From an uncultured Collinsella sp. (GTDB lineage: Bacteria; Actinomycetota; Coriobacteriia; Coriobacteriales; Coriobacteriaceae): 43,657 nucleotides of DNA. The translations under genes were made by a program, and so were the position numbers. Below the pieces are notes generated by a model that made no database searches, had not been told where the DNA came from, and saw only the letters and a program-made list of their open reading frames with translations. Positions 27,267 to 37,473 of this stretch are shown piece by piece (positions within the stretch are counted from its first letter, which is position 1; the number at the start of each line of letters is the position of its first letter). The stretch is from positions 1 through 43,657 of the forward strand of contig CABUSE010000001.1 in NCBI GenBank assembly GCA_902494135.1. Reading direction: 5' to 3'.

Positions 27267-28109
27267 ATGGCAATCAAAGCCATCGCAATGGATATCGACG
27301 GTACGCTCACCAACGACCAAAAGGTCATCAGCCCACGTACGCGCGAGAAGTTGCTCGCGGTGCAGGAGTCGGGCATTAAGCTCATCTTGGCTTCGGGCCG
27401 TCCCGCATGGGGGCTGCACGCCTTGGCGCAGGAGCTCGACCTTCAAAACCATGACGGTCTGCTAGTTGCCTTTAATGGCGCGCATGTGGTCGACGCTCAG
27501 ACCGATGAGGTCCTTTTTGACCAGGCCATGCAGGCTGACGAGCTGCACCGTCTAATTGATCACCTGCGCAATTTCGACGTGATCCCTATGATTTCGCTCG
27601 GTCGCGATTTGCACGTCGAGGACTCGTACCATTGCATGATCACGCTGCCTGACGGCTCGCAGAAGAATATCGTCAAGTATGAGCGCGATGCGTGCGATCT
27701 TAAGATTCGCGAGGTGGAGAGCTTGCATGAGGTCGTGGATACGTATCCCGTGGACAAGCTGCTGACGGCGGGCGATCCGACCTACCTGCAGGCGCATTAC
27801 GAGGAAATGTATGCGCCCTTTACCCAGACGCTTTCGGGCATGTTTACGGCCGACTGGTACTTTGAGTACACGGCGCCCGGTATCGACAAGGCCCGTGCGC
27901 TCGGGGGTGCCCTGCCCAAGCTCGGCATTGATGCCAGTGAGGTCGTATCGTTTGGCGACGGCCAGAACGACAAGTCCATGATTGAGTGGGCGGGTACCGG
28001 TGTTGCCATGGGTAACGCCGTCGACGAGGTCAAAGCCGTGGCGCAGATGGTGACCGCCAACAACAACGAAGACGGCATTGCGGTGGCACTTGACCAGCTG
28101 CTGGGTTAG
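27267..28109 (+). CDS. Cof-type HAD-IIB hydrolase
   Basis: DIDGTL, LASGRP, FNGA, GIDKA, FGDGQNDKSM and AMGNA motifs. Confidence 0.9.
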   Translation: MAIKAIAMDIDGTLTNDQKVISPRTREKLLAVQESGIKLILASGRPAWGLHALAQELDLQNHDGLLVAFNGAHVVDAQTDEVLFDQAMQADELHRLIDHLRNFDVIPMISLGRDLHVEDSYHCMITLPDGSQKNIVKYERDACDLKIREVESLHEVVDTYPVDKLLTAGDPTYLQAHYEEMYAPFTQTLSGMFTADWYFEYTAPGIDKARALGGALPKLGIDASEVVSFGDGQNDKSMIEWAGTGVAMGNAVDEVKAVAQMVTANNNEDGIAVALDQLLG

Positions 28110-28172
28110 AATCGCCGATAGTGCATGGTTCGGGCGTCCGCTTGCGGGCGCCCTTTTGTTAGGGAGGGTGCC

Positions 28173-28832
28173 GTGTCCGCATTTCCGTTCGACGCCGTTA
28201 TCTTTGACATGGACGGCGTCATTGTCGATACCGAGTATTATTACCTGGGCGAGACTGCCGCGTTTGCCAAGGAGCTTGGGCTTAACCTGACTCAAGAGGA
28301 GTTGAATGGGCAAGTCGGCACCTCGCATCAGTTCTTCCTGCATATGCTGGTCGATTGGTTTGAGCGCGCCGGTAAGGGGCATTTCACTGGCGAGGAAGCG
28401 TTGGCCCGTTGGGACGAGTGGGCGCATAAGCGTCCGCGCGACTATCAGGCTTTGATTAACCCAGGCGCCGTGGATACGATTCGAGAGCTGCCGCGCCGTG
28501 GCGTTCGCGTGGCGCTTGCCAGCTCGTCTCCCATGGATAGCATCGAGGAAGTACTCAATGCGTGCGGGCTGTCGGATGCCTTTGAGTATGTTGTGAGCGG
28601 CGAGCAGTTTAAGGAGAGTAAGCCCGAGCCCGACATCTACCTGCATGCGCTGGACCTGCTGGGGCTGCCCGCGAATCGCTGCTGCTGCGTTGAGGATTCC
28701 GTTCCGGGCATTACCGCGGGTAAGCGAGCCGGCCTGACGGTCATTGCCAAGCGCGAGGAGCGCTTTGGCTTTAGCCAGGATGCCGCGGACAAGATTATCG
28801 ACCAGCTGCCAGAGCTGCTCACGCTTTCTTAG
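28173..28832 (+). CDS. HAD-IA family phosphatase
   Basis: FDMDGVIVDTE, ALASSS, KPEPDIY and VEDS..GI.AG; GGGAGG RBS before GTG. Confidence 0.88.
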   Translation: MSAFPFDAVIFDMDGVIVDTEYYYLGETAAFAKELGLNLTQEELNGQVGTSHQFFLHMLVDWFERAGKGHFTGEEALARWDEWAHKRPRDYQALINPGAVDTIRELPRRGVRVALASSSPMDSIEEVLNACGLSDAFEYVVSGEQFKESKPEPDIYLHALDLLGLPANRCCCVEDSVPGITAGKRAGLTVIAKREERFGFSQDAADKIIDQLPELLTLS

Positions 28833-28982
28833 GAGCGTGGTAGTTGCGCGTTTTTCGGGTCTGATGAGTAAATGCCCGACATTTTGGTGCGACACCTAGC
28901 ATACTTTATGCTAATGCGGGCTTAAGGGCTTGTTGAATGCCCTTGAGCCCGCTTTAGACTTAATTGTGCTGGGAGAGGGTAT

Positions 28983-29726
28983 ATGCCACCGACTGAAGGG
29001 CTAACTGACGGTAAAGCAGCGATACCGCTGTACCAACAGGTTATCGATATCATTAAAAACGAAATCAACTCCGGTGCCTACAAGGCGGGCGCGCAGATAC
29101 CCAACGAATTTGAATTGGCTGAGAGCTATAAAGTTGGCCGCGTTACCGTGCGACGCGCTATTGAGGAGCTCGTCCAGCAGGGCTATCTAACGAAGCGACA
29201 GGGGAAAGGCACGTTTGTCAATGCCCCTAAGCTCAAGCGCAAAATTCGCCAGAAGGATGACGTCCAGAGTTTTTCGGACGCATGCCGCGTTAACGGAATG
29301 GAACCGGGGGCGCGTGTCATTTCGAGAAAGATACTGCCGGCGGATTCCACCGAAGCGCAGTTCTTTGGTGTTCCCGTTGGAACTGACTTGATTTGCGTTG
29401 AGCGCGTGCGTACTGCCGATGACGTCCCCGTCATGCTCGAGAACAACATATACGTTTACGAGGACAACGCCTATCTATCAACGGCACCTCTATCTAACCA
29501 ATCCATTTTTGAGTTCGTGCGCAACCGGACGGGCCGCACGCCCGCGTTTACCGACCCGTGCACGCTCGAGATCGCGTGCGCGTCGCCCGAGGCCGCTCGG
29601 CTGTTGGCAGTTCCCGTTGGCGAACCCTTGTTTTATATGGAAGCCTTCTTTTTCGATGAGCAGCGGCGGCCGTTTATCATCGGTCGTCAGCGGATCGTTG
29701 GATCTCGTTACATTTTTGACATCTAG
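28983..29726 (+). CDS. GntR/HutC (UTRA) regulator, probable FrlR-type repressor of the downstream operon
   Basis: PLYQQV...IPNEFELAE..VGRVTVRRA...QGKGTFV plus UTRA-like C-terminus; located next to the frl genes. Confidence 0.85.
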   Translation: MPPTEGLTDGKAAIPLYQQVIDIIKNEINSGAYKAGAQIPNEFELAESYKVGRVTVRRAIEELVQQGYLTKRQGKGTFVNAPKLKRKIRQKDDVQSFSDACRVNGMEPGARVISRKILPADSTEAQFFGVPVGTDLICVERVRTADDVPVMLENNIYVYEDNAYLSTAPLSNQSIFEFVRNRTGRTPAFTDPCTLEIACASPEAARLLAVPVGEPLFYMEAFFFDEQRRPFIIGRQRIVGSRYIFDI

Positions 29727-29736
29727 GACATTGTGA

Positions 29737-29776
29737 ATGGAAACGCCCGGTGGATTATCTCACCGGGCGTTTCCAT
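29737..29776. terminator. 16-bp perfect stem after the regulator gene
   Basis: ATGGAAACGCCCGGTG / CACCGGGCGTTTCCAT. Confidence 0.65.
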
Positions 29777-29862
29777 ACCGTTCACGGCGCGAACGCAACC
29801 GTTCAACCGCGTCGCGGCAATCAGTTTGAAATTATCTTGATGACGGGAAAAGCTGCTGGTAA

Positions 29863-29880
29863 TCTATGGGACGTCATAGA
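29863..29880 (+). promoter_or_regulatory. Palindrome, candidate operator for the adjacent GntR regulator
   Basis: TCTATG-GGACGT-CATAGA about 65 nt upstream of the transporter start. Confidence 0.35.
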
Positions 29881-29944
29881 ACGTTTGCTTTGCGTAAACG
29901 TTGAAGCGAGATGCGATGCAGTCTCGAGTTCTTTGGAGGTATCT

Positions 29945-31408
29945 ATGTCAGATACGAAGGCGAAGAAGACAAACAGACGTTTTAAGTTCAAATTACCGCA
30001 TGTCTATACGATCATGTTCTTGCTGATCGTTGTCTTTGCGGTTCTGACTTGGATCGTTCCCTCTGGTCAGTATCAGCGCAAGATGATTTCGACAGCGGCG
30101 GGCGAGCGTGAAGTCGCCGTTGCTGGGACCTATGAACAGGTCGATAAGAACTACACCGATTCCGAGACCGGCGAGACCATCAATCTGGGCCAGGATATCT
30201 TCGCGGTTCTGCAAGCGCCCACCAAGGGTATCCAAGAGGCTGCCGACGTCGTTGCGTTCGTCTTATTGATTGGCGGATCGTTCGCAATCATCACCAAGAC
30301 CAACGCTTTGAATGCCGGCATGAGCCGTGTGATTAAAAAGCTCAAGAACAAGGACATCCTCATCATTCCCATCACGATGACGTTGCTGTCCATTTGCGGC
30401 ACTACGTTTGGTATGTCTGAGGAAGCCCTACCGTTCTATGCCATCTTCATTCCCATCATGATGGGTATCGGTTATGACTCGATGACGGCATTCATCATCT
30501 GCTTCCTTGGTCCTAATCTGGGATATTGTGCCTCGACCATCGACCCGTTTAATGTTTTGATCGCCCAAGGCATCATTGGCATCGAGGGCAATCCGCAACT
30601 GTGGCTGCGCGCCATCTCTTGGGTCATCTTTACCGCCGTCGGTATCGCATGGGCGATGCGCTACGCCATGCGCGTCAAGAAAAACCCCGAGTCTTCCATT
30701 ACGTACGAGGACGATAAGCTCAAGCGTATCGAGTTTTCCGTGACCGATGCCTCCATCGAGGAAGAGTTCACTACCCGTCAGAAGCTCGTGCTTATCGATT
30801 TTGCCTGCGGTATGGGCATTATCGTCTGGGGTCTTGTTACCCAGGGTTGGTACATGAATGAGATTTCCGCCGTGTTCCTTGGCATGGGCTTGCTTGCCGG
30901 TATCCTGGGTGGCCTTGACCAGCAGACGATCGCCGAGGAGTTCGTTAAAGGCATTGCCGACTTTGCGTACGCCGCCATCGTTATCGGTATCGCTCGCGGC
31001 ATTCTGGTCATCGCCGAGGGCGGCATGATCATCGACACCATCCTCCAGGCGCTCGCTACTGCGCTCGCCGGTGCGCCCGCTGCCGTCTACACCACGTTTA
31101 TGTATATCGTCCTTGGCCTGCTCTCTTTGCTGGTTCCCTCGAGTTCTGGACTTGCGGCGCTCACCATGCCCGTCATGGGTCCGCTGACCGAGCTTATGGG
31201 CCTCAATCCCGAAGCTGCCGTTACCGCGCTCCAGTTTGCTAATCAGACCATCAACACCATCAGTCCCGTGGCGGGCATGACGGTCGCCGGCCTTGCCGTG
31301 GCTAAGATTTCGTTTGGCCAATGGTGGAAGACCATTTGGAAGTTCTTCATCTTCATGGTCGTCTTTGGCCTGATCGTAACGGCAATCTCTGGCATGCTTC
31401 CGGTGTAG
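29945..31408 (+). CDS. YfcC-family transporter
   Basis: LPHVYTI..LTWIVPSGQY, GTTFGMSEE, DPFNV.IAQ and VPSSSG.A.LTMP; many TM helices; GGAGG RBS. Confidence 0.88.
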   Translation: MSDTKAKKTNRRFKFKLPHVYTIMFLLIVVFAVLTWIVPSGQYQRKMISTAAGEREVAVAGTYEQVDKNYTDSETGETINLGQDIFAVLQAPTKGIQEAADVVAFVLLIGGSFAIITKTNALNAGMSRVIKKLKNKDILIIPITMTLLSICGTTFGMSEEALPFYAIFIPIMMGIGYDSMTAFIICFLGPNLGYCASTIDPFNVLIAQGIIGIEGNPQLWLRAISWVIFTAVGIAWAMRYAMRVKKNPESSITYEDDKLKRIEFSVTDASIEEEFTTRQKLVLIDFACGMGIIVWGLVTQGWYMNEISAVFLGMGLLAGILGGLDQQTIAEEFVKGIADFAYAAIVIGIARGILVIAEGGMIIDTILQALATALAGAPAAVYTTFMYIVLGLLSLLVPSSSGLAALTMPVMGPLTELMGLNPEAAVTALQFANQTINTISPVAGMTVAGLAVAKISFGQWWKTIWKFFIFMVVFGLIVTAISGMLPV

Positions 31409-31417
31409 GTGGTTGTG

Positions 31418-33001
31418 ATGTCTGATCGTTTGACGGTCCTGACGTCTAAGAGCGTCTTTACCGGTACGGGGGACCTGCCGTTTGAAGGTTTCGTAGCGGT
31501 TCGTGGCAATCGAATTGAGGCGGTTGGCACCAAGTGTGAGGTAGCTTCGTATTTGACCCAAGCGGACGAGGCAGTTGACCTGGGCGACCGCACCGTCATG
31601 CCCGGCCTGATCGATGTGCATACCTTCTATACGGGCTGGGCGCTGCGGACGTTGGGGTCTGATCTGTCCGGCGTCGCTGATGCTAAAGAGGCCGTGTCGC
31701 TCTTGCGTGCATGGAAAGATGATCATCCGGATTGCGCGGCGGCTTTTGGCCACAACCTGCCCGAAACGTTGGCATCGGATGCCGAGAACGCAAATACAGC
31801 AGCTGCGTTTGACGAGTGTTTTGGTGATATCCCTGTCGTCTGCTTTACACCGGGCGCGGAGACCTGCGTTCTCAATGCTGCAGCCAGTGCGCGATACGGC
31901 TTTACACCCCAGGCGTGCTATGCCGAGAAGATCTGGCGCATGATGAGCGACTTCCTCGCGCTGCCCGAGGTGCGTGCCGGGTATTCGGACTACATGAGCA
32001 TGCTTAACGAGCGCGGCGTTACCGCCATCAAGGAGATGGCGTTTGATGACTACTACGGCTTTGCCGACGAAATGGCTCGCCGTGAGGAATCTGGTGAGCT
32101 GACGGTTCGCGTCTCTATGATGTCGCAGCCGGTGGGCGCTGGTGCAAATCTGGCATATGCTCGCGAGGCACGAGAGCGCTTCCGGGGACCGTTCGTTCGT
32201 TTTTCTGGCTTCAACCGTATGACCGATCGCGGCGTATGGGCGGGGCTTGCCGAGATGATAGACCCCTATGAGGACTCGGCCGATGCGGGCGCTGCCGGCA
32301 AGACGGTCGTCGAGGAGCCAGAGTGGGATCTGATTGAGAACGAGCTGCGTGCAATTGATGCTGACGGCTTCCGATATTCCTTGCATTGCCAGGGGGATGG
32401 CGCCGTTCGTCGCACCGTGGCGCTCTATGCCTCGCTGCCTCGAGACGAGCATGGACGGTTGCTTCGCCGCCATGCGATTACCGATCTCGAGAACTCTGAC
32501 CCGACCGATCTTGTCGAGTTTGGCAAGTTAGGTGGAATTTGCGAGGTCTATCCGCAGATTCTGACGCTAGACCGGCGCGAGGATTGCCTGTCGATGATGC
32601 GTCGACAAATTGGCGAGACGCGACTTTTGCACAGCTGGAATCGCCGCGGCATGGAAGATTCCGGATGCACGGTGTGCTGTGGCACGGATTTACCGCTGCT
32701 GATTCCGAGCCTGGGCGAGTCAATCTACAGCGCGTGCGGCGGATTCTTCGCCGACGGACTGCCCGTGAATGAGGTCAACGCGCTGACGCTTGTCGAGCTC
32801 TTGCGCGCTTGGACTGCCGGGGGCGCGTACGACCTGATGCGCGAAGACGAGCTGGGTACGCTTGAGGCTGGCAAGCTTGCCGATATCTGCGTGCTCGATC
32901 GGGATGTGTTCGACCTCGATTATCGCGACGCACGCGATCTTGCGGTTGATATGACGATGTCGGACGGACAAATCGTGTTCGATCGAAATAAGGAGGCATA
33001 A
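31418..33001 (+). CDS. Amidohydrolase-3 (YtcJ-like) family protein
   Basis: DLGDRTVMPGLIDVH, LHCQGD, GTDLP and GTLEAGKLADICVLDRD. Confidence 0.82.
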   Translation: MSDRLTVLTSKSVFTGTGDLPFEGFVAVRGNRIEAVGTKCEVASYLTQADEAVDLGDRTVMPGLIDVHTFYTGWALRTLGSDLSGVADAKEAVSLLRAWKDDHPDCAAAFGHNLPETLASDAENANTAAAFDECFGDIPVVCFTPGAETCVLNAAASARYGFTPQACYAEKIWRMMSDFLALPEVRAGYSDYMSMLNERGVTAIKEMAFDDYYGFADEMARREESGELTVRVSMMSQPVGAGANLAYAREARERFRGPFVRFSGFNRMTDRGVWAGLAEMIDPYEDSADAGAAGKTVVEEPEWDLIENELRAIDADGFRYSLHCQGDGAVRRTVALYASLPRDEHGRLLRRHAITDLENSDPTDLVEFGKLGGICEVYPQILTLDRREDCLSMMRRQIGETRLLHSWNRRGMEDSGCTVCCGTDLPLLIPSLGESIYSACGGFFADGLPVNEVNALTLVELLRAWTAGGAYDLMREDELGTLEAGKLADICVLDRDVFDLDYRDARDLAVDMTMSDGQIVFDRNKEA

Positions 33002-33002
33002 G

Positions 33003-33854
33003 ATGTCTGAATCCAAACCGACGCTGCGCCGCGAACAGATTGCGGGCATGAATATCCACTACATCATGTGGTCGCTCGATTACTTCCTTGATGTGCAGCA
33101 GCGCTTGGGCTTTGAGTCCATTGAGCTGTGGTGCGCGGAGCCACATGTGACGCTCGACCACACGGGCTACTTTGAGGCTGAGGTCCTGGCGAAAAAAGCT
33201 GCAGACCGTGGGCTTAGGTATCGTACTCTGTGTCCCGAGAATGTTGTCTATCCTTGGCAGTACTGCGCACGCAAGCCGCTGCATGAACAGCGCAGCTTGG
33301 CGTACTTTAAGCACGGCATTGAGCTTGCCGAGGTACTTGGGTGCGACCGTATGTCCGTCAACTCGGGCTGGGGCGACTGGGACGAGGACCGCGAGGAAGC
33401 CTGGAAGCGCAGCCGCGAGCACTTGTCCATTCTTGCGGAGTATGCCGGCGAGCACGGTCTGGTGCTTACGATGGAAAGCCTGCGTCCCGAGGAGAGCAAC
33501 CTTGTGACGACGGTTTCCGATGCGAAGCGCATGATTGACGAGGTCGCGAGCCCGTACTTACAGCCCATGGTTGATACAACCGCGATGGGCGTTGCAGGCG
33601 AGACGCTCGAGGACTGGTTTGCCGCCTTTGGTGATGGGGCAATTCACGAGATGCACTTTATCGACGGTGACCCGTATGGCCATCTGGTGTGGGGCGATGG
33701 CAAGCACGATATGGACGCCTTCGTCGCCACACTCAACGCCCATGGTTTCGACGGCATGCTGGGCCAGGAAATCACGGACGGTCGTTACTACGATGACCCG
33801 GCGGCGGCAGATGCCAAGAACATGGCCGCATTCGAGAAATATCTGATTGACTAA
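33003..33854 (+). CDS. Sugar isomerase/epimerase TIM-barrel protein, FrlC-like (fructoselysine 3-epimerase)
   Basis: GFESIELW, MESLRPEESN, DTTAM, HFID, HLVWGDG and QEI (E/D/H/E metal ligands); frl context. Confidence 0.7.
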   Translation: MSESKPTLRREQIAGMNIHYIMWSLDYFLDVQQRLGFESIELWCAEPHVTLDHTGYFEAEVLAKKAADRGLRYRTLCPENVVYPWQYCARKPLHEQRSLAYFKHGIELAEVLGCDRMSVNSGWGDWDEDREEAWKRSREHLSILAEYAGEHGLVLTMESLRPEESNLVTTVSDAKRMIDEVASPYLQPMVDTTAMGVAGETLEDWFAAFGDGAIHEMHFIDGDPYGHLVWGDGKHDMDAFVATLNAHGFDGMLGQEITDGRYYDDPAAADAKNMAAFEKYLID

Positions 33855-33915
33855 AACAACTATCGGCCACGCAGCCAACGTCATTGATTGCGGCCAAACA
33901 AGAAAGGAACTGGAT

Positions 33916-34884
33916 ATGAACGCACACGATCTGATCAAAGAGGCAATTGCCGAGAAGGGCAAGTTCGACAGCGTCTACTGGATTGCTTGCGGTGGCTCCA
34001 TGATCGATTTGATCCCGGCTCATGAGCTTCTGCAGCGCGAGGCAACCACCTTCACTTCGTATATCTATACCGCGCGTGAATTCGACATTATGCGTCCGCG
34101 TCGTCTGGGCGAGAAGTCCCTGGTCATCGCTTGCAGCCACAGTGGCAATACCCCGGAGGTCGTCGAGGGCTGCGAGATTGCCCTTGCCGCCGGCGCTACG
34201 GTGATCGCCCAGACCGACAACGCTGGATCTAAGATCGACTCCGGCAAGTGGACCACGTGGGTCTACCCGTGGGGCGAGGGTGTGCCGCAGGCCGAGGTCC
34301 CCGCTGGTATTTCGCTGTCGCTTGCGGCAGAGCTGCTCGATCAGCAGGAGGGCTACGCCGATCTTGCCGATATGTATGCCGGTATCGCCGAGATGGATAA
34401 GATCCTTCCCCCGGCACGCGAGAAGGTAAATGCCGAGCTGGGCGATCGCTTTGCCAAGCTTTGCCAGGAGCACGAGTTCTTCTATATTCTGGGCAGCGGT
34501 CCCAACTTTAGCCAGACCTACGGTTTCGCTATCTGCTCTCTTATGGAGATGCAGTGGCAGCACTGCAGCTACATCCACTCTGCCGAGTACTTCCACGGCC
34601 CCTTCGAGGCTACTCAGGATGGCGTTTTTTACTTCCTGCAGATGGGCTCCAGCGAGTGCCGTGCTATGGACGAGCGCGCCCTGGCGTTCCTTAAGACGCA
34701 TACCGATACGCTGATGGTGCTCGATGCCAAGGAGTACGGTATGGAAGCCGTGCCGGCGAGCGTCCGTGCCTATCTGGATCCGGTGCTGTTCTACGCCATG
34801 AACTGCGAGCTGCGTGCTGCACGCGGCAAGGTGTTTGATCACGATCCCGATTTCCGCCGCTATATGGGTGTTGTCGAGTACTAG
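33916..34884 (+). CDS. frlB: Fructoselysine-6-phosphate deglycase (double SIS domain)
   Basis: ACGGS, SHSGNTPE, LMEMQW, EYFHGPFE and RRYMGVVEY. Confidence 0.9.
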   Translation: MNAHDLIKEAIAEKGKFDSVYWIACGGSMIDLIPAHELLQREATTFTSYIYTAREFDIMRPRRLGEKSLVIACSHSGNTPEVVEGCEIALAAGATVIAQTDNAGSKIDSGKWTTWVYPWGEGVPQAEVPAGISLSLAAELLDQQEGYADLADMYAGIAEMDKILPPAREKVNAELGDRFAKLCQEHEFFYILGSGPNFSQTYGFAICSLMEMQWQHCSYIHSAEYFHGPFEATQDGVFYFLQMGSSECRAMDERALAFLKTHTDTLMVLDAKEYGMEAVPASVRAYLDPVLFYAMNCELRAARGKVFDHDPDFRRYMGVVEY

Positions 34885-34898
34885 AAGGGACAAAGGCC

Positions 34899-35762
34899 AT
34901 GGCATTTAACGTTAACGCGCTCGGATTTGGCGACAACGTCGTCGATCGCTACGAGCATATCCACACCATGTATCCCGGCGGCAATGCGGTGAACTTCGCC
35001 GTTTATGCCAAGAAATGCGGTGCCGCACGCTCCGCATACATGGGCATTTTTGGCAATGACGCCGCTGCCGAGCATGTCATTGCAAGCCTCGAGGATGAGG
35101 GCATCGAGCTTGACAAGTGCGAGCAGATGATTGGCGAGAACGGAGCGGCTCGCGTGACCGTCGTTGACGGTGACCGTGTCTTCCTTGGCTCCAACGAGGG
35201 CGGTATCCGTGGCGATGCGCGCTATGTCCTCGATCGCTTTGACCTTTCGTACATGAAGCAGTTCGATGTGGTTCATTCGGGCAACTATTGCTTTACCGAG
35301 CGCGAGCTGCCCAAGCTGAAGGCTGCGGGCGTCACGGTCTCTTTTGACTTTTCGGACGACTCCACCGACGAGTACTACGAGCAGATTGCGCCCTACGTCG
35401 ATTTTGCTTTCTTTAGTGCGGCGGATGCCGCGAGTGAGGACGAAATCCGCGAGCGTTTGGCATGGGTGAAGGGCTTGGGTCCGCGTTTTGTGTCGGCTAC
35501 GGCGGGCGCCGAGGGCTGCATTGCTTATGACGGCGAGCGTTATTACCGCCAGCTGGCTAAACCGGTAACGGACATGAAGGACACCATGGGAGCGGGCGAC
35601 TCGTTCCTCACCTCGTTTTTGATGTGCTATCTCGATTCCGCCAAGCGTGGTGAGGATGGCGCCGAGGCCATCGAGCGCGCGCTCGACTTTGCTGCCGGGT
35701 TTGCCTCGACCGTGTGCGGCATGGAAGGTTCTTGGGGCCACGGAGCACCAATCGTCGAATAG
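34899..35762 (+). CDS. frlD: Fructoselysine 6-kinase (PfkB family)
   Basis: GDNVVDRY...YPGGNAVNFAVYA, DGDRVF, SFDFSD and DTMGAGDSF. Confidence 0.88.
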   Translation: MAFNVNALGFGDNVVDRYEHIHTMYPGGNAVNFAVYAKKCGAARSAYMGIFGNDAAAEHVIASLEDEGIELDKCEQMIGENGAARVTVVDGDRVFLGSNEGGIRGDARYVLDRFDLSYMKQFDVVHSGNYCFTERELPKLKAAGVTVSFDFSDDSTDEYYEQIAPYVDFAFFSAADAASEDEIRERLAWVKGLGPRFVSATAGAEGCIAYDGERYYRQLAKPVTDMKDTMGAGDSFLTSFLMCYLDSAKRGEDGAEAIERALDFAAGFASTVCGMEGSWGHGAPIVE

Positions 35763-35769
35763 CCGAGCG

Positions 35770-35868
35770 GTCCCGGGGAGGTGCAGGATCCTCCCCGGGA
35801 CCTCGTGTGCAAAACATGCCAAATATGAGTAATGTATCCATTCCGGTAACAGTACTCATATTTGGCAT
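35770..35868. terminator. Two consecutive hairpins between convergent frlD and TatD genes
   Basis: GTCCCGGGGAGG / CCTCCCCGGGAC (35770-35801) and ATGCCAAATATGAGTA / TACTCATATTTGGCAT (35816-35868). Confidence 0.65.
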
Positions 35869-35884
35869 TTTTTGCCCACAGGGG

Positions 35885-36667
35885 TTAGCGAAGGTCAAAT
35901 ACAGAGCGCGCATTTGCTAAAACTGCCGACTCGATGCGCTTTGCGTCACAGTCTTTGAGCGAGGCGATGCGCTCTGAGGTTCTTGTGAGCGATCTGATGA
36001 GCGACTGCGCGCTTGTTTCTGTGTTTGGCTCGGCCGGCGCATCGGTCTCGAGCAGTAGACGGTCGAGTGGAATCTGTCGGGCATATTCGCGACCGCGCTT
36101 GGTGGCGAGCATACGCTCGTTCACGGAAAAATAGCAGCCTGCGTTTCGCGCACGGGCGAGTTCGTCCGAAGTGCCGCTAAACCAGTGGAAGATGATAGCG
36201 GGGGAGTCGGGGTTTGGGATGAGTAGTCCATGCGATTCGAGGATGTCCAGTACGGCTCCTGCCGAACGAACGGCGTGAATTGATATTACGCGCCCGGTAA
36301 GAGGATGCTGCACGAGTGTATCGCAGAGCCGGTCAAATGCCTGTATTTGTAGCGGCTCACTTCCATCAAAGCGCGCGGAAAAGTCGAGTCCCACCTCGCC
36401 AACAAAACGCTCTTGCGCGGCAATTTGGCAGAGTAGGTCAATTTCTGCGTTGCCGCATCGCTCGTCGGCGAGCCACCGGGGATGGAGGCCGATACCCTTG
36501 ATGACGGTAGGAGGGCGACGGGTTCGCCTATGTGCGCTAGCGAAGTCACGTGGATCGACGCCGCAATCAAATAGACCCAAGCCCAGCGCCGTTGCCTCAT
36601 CGGCAACGGCGTCCGGGTGAGCCATTAAATCAAGATGGCAGTGTGCATCAAATAACCGGGGCTCCAT
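35885..36667 (-). CDS. TatD-family hydrolase
   Basis: DAHCHLD, GLHP, VGEVGLDF, SIHAV, FHWFSG and LLLETDAP. Confidence 0.9.
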   Translation of the reverse strand: MEPRLFDAHCHLDLMAHPDAVADEATALGLGLFDCGVDPRDFASAHRRTRRPPTVIKGIGLHPRWLADERCGNAEIDLLCQIAAQERFVGEVGLDFSARFDGSEPLQIQAFDRLCDTLVQHPLTGRVISIHAVRSAGAVLDILESHGLLIPNPDSPAIIFHWFSGTSDELARARNAGCYFSVNERMLATKRGREYARQIPLDRLLLETDAPAEPNTETSAQSLIRSLTRTSERIASLKDCDAKRIESAVLANARSVFDLR

Positions 36668-36681
36668 CTCGGCGCGCTCCG

Positions 36682-37473
36682 CTAGTCTAGGCGCTGGCCA
36701 TCGGCGCGCACGCGCTCGGTGCCGCGGCCACTGATCTGGCGGATAACCTCGCCGGCGATCATCTGGCCCATGATGGGCGGCATAAAGCTGGCGGTTCCCA
36801 GCTCGGTGCGCTCGTGGATATTGGAAGGGTCGCGGGGCTGAGTCTTAACCGATTCCTCGCAGCTAAACAGTACATGTAGGCTCTTGATTCCGCGCTTCTT
36901 GCATTCTTTGCGCATGATGCGGCTCATGGGGTCACGTACCGTATCGAAAATGTCGGCAAAGCGGAGGCACTCGGGATGGAGCTTGTTGGCCCCGCCCATG
37001 GAGCTAACCAAACGAATGTCGTGGTCCTGAGCATATTTGGCAATGGTGAGCTTGGCCGAGATGGTGTCGATGGCGTCGACGACGTAGTCGAGCTTGCCGT
37101 CTGTTTGCTCCAAAACGCTCGCGAAGAACTCGTCGATGTTGTCGCTCAGCAGGTATTCGGTGCGCTTGATAACGGTGGCGGCGGGATTGATATCGCGAAT
37201 CATGGCTTCCATCACGTCAACCTTGCGCTTGCCGATGGTGCTGTGAAAGGCGATGGCCTGGCGATTGATATTGCTGGGCGCGATGATGTCCTTGTCCAGA
37301 ATTACAAAATGACCAATGCCGCCGCGGGCAAGTGCCTCGCAGCAATTGGAGCCCACGCCTCCGCAGCCGAGCACCAACACCGTGGCGTTGGCGAGTTTAT
37401 TGAGTGCCTCGCGGCCCATGATGATCTCGAGCTTGGTATCGCGCGTCTCGACGAGAGCAGCAGTTTTGGTCAT
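36682..37473 (-). CDS. tcdA: tRNA threonylcarbamoyladenosine dehydratase (ThiF family)
   Basis: LGCGGVGS, SNINRQ, YVVDAIDT..AK, SSMGGANK, DPMSR and FMPPIMG; GGAGG spacing favours ATG 37473. Confidence 0.88.
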   Translation of the reverse strand: MTKTAALVETRDTKLEIIMGREALNKLANATVLVLGCGGVGSNCCEALARGGIGHFVILDKDIIAPSNINRQAIAFHSTIGKRKVDVMEAMIRDINPAATVIKRTEYLLSDNIDEFFASVLEQTDGKLDYVVDAIDTISAKLTIAKYAQDHDIRLVSSMGGANKLHPECLRFADIFDTVRDPMSRIMRKECKKRGIKSLHVLFSCEESVKTQPRDPSNIHERTELGTASFMPPIMGQMIAGEVIRQISGRGTERVRADGQRLD

